The position numbers and the translations under genes are program-made. The notes beneath the pieces are model-generated. The model worked only from the letters and a program-made list of their open reading frames with translations, made no database searches and had not been told where the DNA came from. This document shows, in pieces, positions 60,274-64,000 of a DNA stretch of 64,000 nt. Position 1 is the first letter of the stretch; each line of letters begins with the position of its first letter. This DNA is from Gammaproteobacteria bacterium (GTDB lineage Bacteria; Pseudomonadota; Gammaproteobacteria; SZUA-229), in the NCBI GenBank assembly GCA_041589175.1, contig JBFHWF010000003.1:6846-70845 (forward strand), read 5' to 3'.

Positions 60274-61110
60274 TTAGAGTACTTCAATACGATTTCGGCC
60301 ATTATCCTTGGCCTTGTAAAGTGCCTGATCTGAGCGAATCAGGATGCTTTCTTCGGTGTCTCCCTGCCGTACTGATGTTACGCCAATACTGGCAGTGGTA
60401 TTGCCAACGGGTTCTATCTGCGTCTCGCGTATCAGAGCAAGCAGTTTCTCAGTTATTTCTATAGCCTCCTCAGCACGGGTTTCTATTATAAGAATTAGGA
60501 ATTCCTCGCCTCCCCAGCGTGCGGCGCTGTCTGAGTCTCTGATATTTTGTTTCAGTATATCGGCGAAAGCGGTAATGACCTTGTCGCCTATGTCATGGCC
60601 GTAAGTGTCATTAACTTTCTTGAAGTGATCGATATCAATATTGATGAGGCTGAACGCTTTTTTATATCGGATAAAACGTTTAATTTCGAGATTGAGTGTT
60701 TCTGAAAATTTACGCCGATTGAGGAGGCCGGTAAGGCTATCTGTGCTGGCAAGTAACTCAAGTTCACGGGTTTTGTTCTGCAGGCTCTCGGTGCGTTCAC
60801 GTATCATGGATTCAAGGTGAATCTGGTAATCCATAAGGAGTGAATCAAGCTCGATTTGCTTGAGGAGTACATGACGGGAGAATATGCCCATCAACACAAA
60901 TACAATGAGTACCAGGCTTCTCATCCAGAATTCGGTTGATTCGTCTGGTGTCAGGATGTTTTCAATAAGTGACTGTTCTTCGTCAAGCAGGTAAACATCA
61001 ATGAATGCATCGATAAACCATATCATTATGCCAACAATAAAGCCTGCCAGTGGGAAGAAGGCAGGCCTGAAACTTGCAAAACGTTGATATTCTGGGTGTG
61101 GTTGTTTCAT
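60274..61110 (-). CDS. Membrane-anchored diguanylate cyclase (GGDEF)
   Basis: Two N-terminal TM helices, a coiled coil, and GGDEF domain 'RWGGEEFLILI' with 'NRRKF'. Confidence 0.85.
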   Translation of the reverse strand: MKQPHPEYQRFASFRPAFFPLAGFIVGIMIWFIDAFIDVYLLDEEQSLIENILTPDESTEFWMRSLVLIVFVLMGIFSRHVLLKQIELDSLLMDYQIHLESMIRERTESLQNKTRELELLASTDSLTGLLNRRKFSETLNLEIKRFIRYKKAFSLINIDIDHFKKVNDTYGHDIGDKVITAFADILKQNIRDSDSAARWGGEEFLILIIETRAEEAIEITEKLLALIRETQIEPVGNTTASIGVTSVRQGDTEESILIRSDQALYKAKDNGRNRIEVL

Positions 61111-61166
61111 ATTGTGCAGTGCTTAATGTTTAACTCAAGCATAGCCTGTTCTATAGAAAAAGTGAT

Positions 61167-61490
61167 TTAACGTTCCAGGTATTGTCGTTTGTTTTCGACG
61201 CCGTCCCACTGATCAGCATCTTCAGGAGCCGGTTTGACTTCATTGATGACGGGCCATATCTGGCTGAGTTCCGCATTGAGTTCGAGGAAGTCAGACTGCT
61301 CATCGGGCAGGTCTTGCTCATCGTAAATAGCATTCACCGGGCATTCGGGGACACAGAGCTGACAGTCAATGCATTCTTCCGGGTCGATGACCAGAAAATT
61401 GGGGCCTTCGTGAAAGCAGTCAACCGGACATACGTCAACGCAGTCAGTGTATTTGCAGCGAATACAATTTTCGGTTACAACAAAAGTCAT
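61167..61490 (-). CDS. fdxA: 7Fe ferredoxin (Azotobacter FdxA type)
   Basis: '[55 protein letters not shown]' gives the [3Fe-4S][4Fe-4S] cysteine pattern. 107 aa. Confidence 0.85.
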   Translation of the reverse strand: MTFVVTENCIRCKYTDCVDVCPVDCFHEGPNFLVIDPEECIDCQLCVPECPVNAIYDEQDLPDEQSDFLELNAELSQIWPVINEVKPAPEDADQWDGVENKRQYLER

Positions 61491-61509
61491 TGTTATTTTC
61501 TCCCCCTGT

Positions 61510-63882
61510 TTAGAACAGGCTGTACTGTCGATTGAGTATATTATGCATGGAGTCATCCAGTATCACCAGAATACTATCGGCTATCGGTGATAGCTGTTTC
61601 TCGATATAGTGATCATAGTCCAGTTTAGATGTCTGGCACTCCAGTGTTTCTGGCCCGTTGAGCGTCATTACATATTCAATCCAGCCTTTGTGCTGATAAC
61701 GGGATGGTAAGTCGTGCTCCTTAAAATATTCCTCTGCGCGAATTGCTGCGCGTGCATGGGGTGGAATGTTGCGCTGGTAATCACCTAATGACTGGCGAAG
61801 TCGCTTTCGGTAGACGAGCTTGTCATTATGTTTGCCCTGGTTGAGTTCCTTTATAACTGTCAGTATGTATTCATTATAAGGTTCATTATTGAATATCATA
61901 AGATAAAGTGTTTTTTGAAATTCACGGGCCAGTTCAGTCCAGTCTGTGCGTACACTTTCCAGGCCTTTAAATACAAGCTCTGTTTTTGAATGCTTTCGGA
62001 TGAGTCCGGCGTAACGCTTTTTGCTTCCCTTGTCGGAGCCGCGAATGGTTGGCATAAAGAATCGTAAATAATGAGTTTCATATTCCATTTCCAGAGCGGA
62101 GTCGATTTTGTAGTTATCTTGCAGAGAGTGCTTCCAGTAATAATTGATATGTTCTGCGAGTGACTGTCCAATACTATCAGCCTGCTGTTGAGTCATTGCG
62201 CTGCCGAGTGAGACAAATACGGAGTCGGTGTCGCCATATATCACGCTATAACCCTGTTCCTCTATCAGACTGACTGTCTGTTTAATAATATCGTGGCCTC
62301 TGAGTGTGATTGAGCTGGTGAGTCGAGCGTCATGCACTCTGCAGCCTGGCGTTCCTAGTACGCCATAAAATGAATTCATGATGATTTTTATTGCCTGTGA
62401 CAGCGCGGCATTTTTCTCCTGTTTAGCCCTGTCTCGCGCCTGCCATAAATCACGAATAATATCTGGCAGGATATGGTTTTCTCTGGAGAAGCTGATGCCG
62501 TTATAGCCTGGAATGTTATCCTGTTCATCTGCCAGGGTGGCTACTACCGCTGCATAAGGGTCAACACGGAAGGTGCGAATTATGCTTGGGTACAGGCTCT
62601 TGTAGTCAAGCACAATTACGCTGTCATACAACCCCGGTTGCGAATTCATTACGTATCCACCGGGGGCTGAGTATCCTTCTGGGGCATCCCCTATATTGGG
62701 TGCGATATAGCCCCTGCGATGCAGACGTGGCAGGTACAGGTTATCGAATGCGGCAACTGAACCCCCGATACGATCCATTTCCAGCCCGGTCAGGCGAGCT
62801 CTTTCGACGGCAAAGTGAATCAGATTCGTGTGTTGAAATATATCAAGCACCAGCTGGCAGTCCTGCAGGTTATATTGGGCAAGAGAAATTTTGTCATGCT
62901 TAAACTGTCGTTTGATTTCTTTTGCTTTGTATAGTGGGTCGTGATGTGGATCTGACTGTATCAGCTTGCCTTTACCCAGTAGTGTATGAGCTACATTGTC
63001 TAGTGCAAAACTTGGGAAGTTCCAGGTTGCACTTTTCAGTGTGTCTATGCCGTCGAGTACGACTCGCCCAGGTATGAGTATGAAGTAGTGTGAATCCTCC
63101 GATATTGCCTGGCGCCATTTAATTAGGCTCTGACTACGCCCAAGCTTGAGCCGTATATTCAGGCTGTCGGCCTTTTTCTGTAAGAATCGCAGATCAAAAT
63201 TAACAACATTCCAGCCGATTATAATGTCTGGATCAAGCTGATGTGTAAGCTCGATAAATCGTTCAAGCACAGCCTTTTCTGTAGCCAGAAACTCGATATC
63301 GAGCTCATTGTGTGTCGTTGAAGGTGGGCCCTGCATGAGAACTTTCCTGGTATCACCACAGATTAGTCCTATTGAGTAAAGTTCATCCGTGTCATAGGCC
63401 GTTTCAATATCCAGTGACATGAGTCTAAATTGAGGTGAGTAATCACAGGGCTTGAGTCTGGGATTAATAGCGGACCTGGTATTTCCGTTTATATCAATGC
63501 AGGCGGTTGCAGTAATAAATCGTTCCGAGAGAAACCGATCCGCAGGGCGAATATCGCTTTCGTAGGCCTTGATGCCCGCGTCTTTCAGGCAGTCACGCAG
63601 GCGATAGAAGCTATGCATCGATGCACAGTATACAGCGGCCATTGGCTGCTGCTGAAAATCGACTAGCTCCAGTGGTCGAATATCAGTCTGTGCAGCCAGC
63701 TGTGTCTGCTGTTGTAATAATGCCTGCAGCGCCGGTATATTGTTCTGACGTATAAAAAAAATGGCATGTTGCTGATTCAGCAGGACTTTTACAGGACCGC
63801 TATGGCAACTGAACCAGAACTCGAGTTGTAAGCCCCGGGGTGTATCTATGGCCTGTCTGGTTAGTAGAAATCCGTTGATCAT
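61510..63882 (-). CDS. polB: DNA polymerase II (family B)
   Basis: Exo motifs 'FDIET', Pol motif A '[10 protein letters not shown]', '[12 protein letters not shown]', and motif C 'YGDTDSVF'. 790 aa (E. coli PolB is 783 aa). Confidence 0.92.
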   Translation of the reverse strand: MINGFLLTRQAIDTPRGLQLEFWFSCHSGPVKVLLNQQHAIFFIRQNNIPALQALLQQQTQLAAQTDIRPLELVDFQQQPMAAVYCASMHSFYRLRDCLKDAGIKAYESDIRPADRFLSERFITATACIDINGNTRSAINPRLKPCDYSPQFRLMSLDIETAYDTDELYSIGLICGDTRKVLMQGPPSTTHNELDIEFLATEKAVLERFIELTHQLDPDIIIGWNVVNFDLRFLQKKADSLNIRLKLGRSQSLIKWRQAISEDSHYFILIPGRVVLDGIDTLKSATWNFPSFALDNVAHTLLGKGKLIQSDPHHDPLYKAKEIKRQFKHDKISLAQYNLQDCQLVLDIFQHTNLIHFAVERARLTGLEMDRIGGSVAAFDNLYLPRLHRRGYIAPNIGDAPEGYSAPGGYVMNSQPGLYDSVIVLDYKSLYPSIIRTFRVDPYAAVVATLADEQDNIPGYNGISFSRENHILPDIIRDLWQARDRAKQEKNAALSQAIKIIMNSFYGVLGTPGCRVHDARLTSSITLRGHDIIKQTVSLIEEQGYSVIYGDTDSVFVSLGSAMTQQQADSIGQSLAEHINYYWKHSLQDNYKIDSALEMEYETHYLRFFMPTIRGSDKGSKKRYAGLIRKHSKTELVFKGLESVRTDWTELAREFQKTLYLMIFNNEPYNEYILTVIKELNQGKHNDKLVYRKRLRQSLGDYQRNIPPHARAAIRAEEYFKEHDLPSRYQHKGWIEYVMTLNGPETLECQTSKLDYDHYIEKQLSPIADSILVILDDSMHNILNRQYSLF

Positions 63883-64000
63883 GGCGCTGGCTGGTGTCTG
63901 AGTTAGCAGTATTTTAAGGCAGAACGTCTATTATCAGTAGTGACTCGATGTATTTCGTTTTTTGACCACAGATATTGACCAACGGAAAATTTCAATGAAA

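Overview
This window reads as a gammaproteobacterial chromosomal segment of roughly 48-50% GC with dense, mostly co-directional operons. The gene order (asmA-mutY-yggX-tRNA-Phe, rph-rdgB next to yicC, nudE-cysQ next to yrfG) fits a Pseudomonadales/Oceanospirillales-like core genome; that placement is a context inference, not a database hit.

Recognisable housekeeping content: a TetR regulator with a perfect palindromic operator; two Nudix hydrolases followed by the complete sucA-sucB-lpdA-sucC-sucD operon with no sdh genes upstream; a 2OG-oxygenase-like/GNAT pair; a four-gene c-di-GMP signalling module (standalone REC, DUF4154/YfiR-like, sensor kinase, REC-PAS-GGDEF-EAL); cmoA-cmoB; a TlpA-like thioredoxin; a fatty-acid uptake module (acyl-CoA ligase, YciA-like thioesterase, FadL porin); rdgB-rph and yicC; a second REC/histidine-kinase pair; an FKBP PPIase; DegP; moaD/moaE divergent from moaC plus an orphan binding protein; a DUF2333-like gene; asmA-mutY-yggX; tRNA-Phe(GAA); a GGDEF cyclase with a PilJ/NarX-type sensor; nudE-cysQ; yrfG; an SDR, a cupin and an HNH endonuclease; ppnN; a Crp/Fnr regulator; cytochrome b561-yceI; photolyase divergent from a ybgA-like gene; ldhA; an APC permease; cnoX; a second GGDEF; fdxA; and polB. 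There is no CRISPR array and no transposase or integrase.

Features worth a second look:
- Immediately after tRNA-Phe there is a head-to-tail array in which the tRNA's 3'-terminal 16 nt recur twice more at an exact 182-bp period. Each 166-bp spacer contains strong hairpins and a reverse-oriented T-loop-like fragment. This looks like stacked att-site scars or an undescribed tRNA-linked structured element.
- A lone 592-aa protein carries a central radical-SAM CxxxCxxC motif (KamA/EpmB-like 'CRHC ... TGGD') and an unrecognisable 230-aa N-terminal domain.
- A TetR-controlled locus of acidic hypothetical proteins sits in the position where sdhCDAB would normally precede sucA.
- A string of small ORFans lies upstream of the Nudix pair.
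- The two REC domains in the c-di-GMP module are paralogous and share a ~30-aa insertion in helix alpha-1.

Caveat: at least one junction (sucB/lpdA, ~10080) would not hand-translate consistently, so CDS coordinates follow the supplied ORF track; the tRNA and repeat coordinates were indexed by hand and cross-checked against nearby track ORFs.
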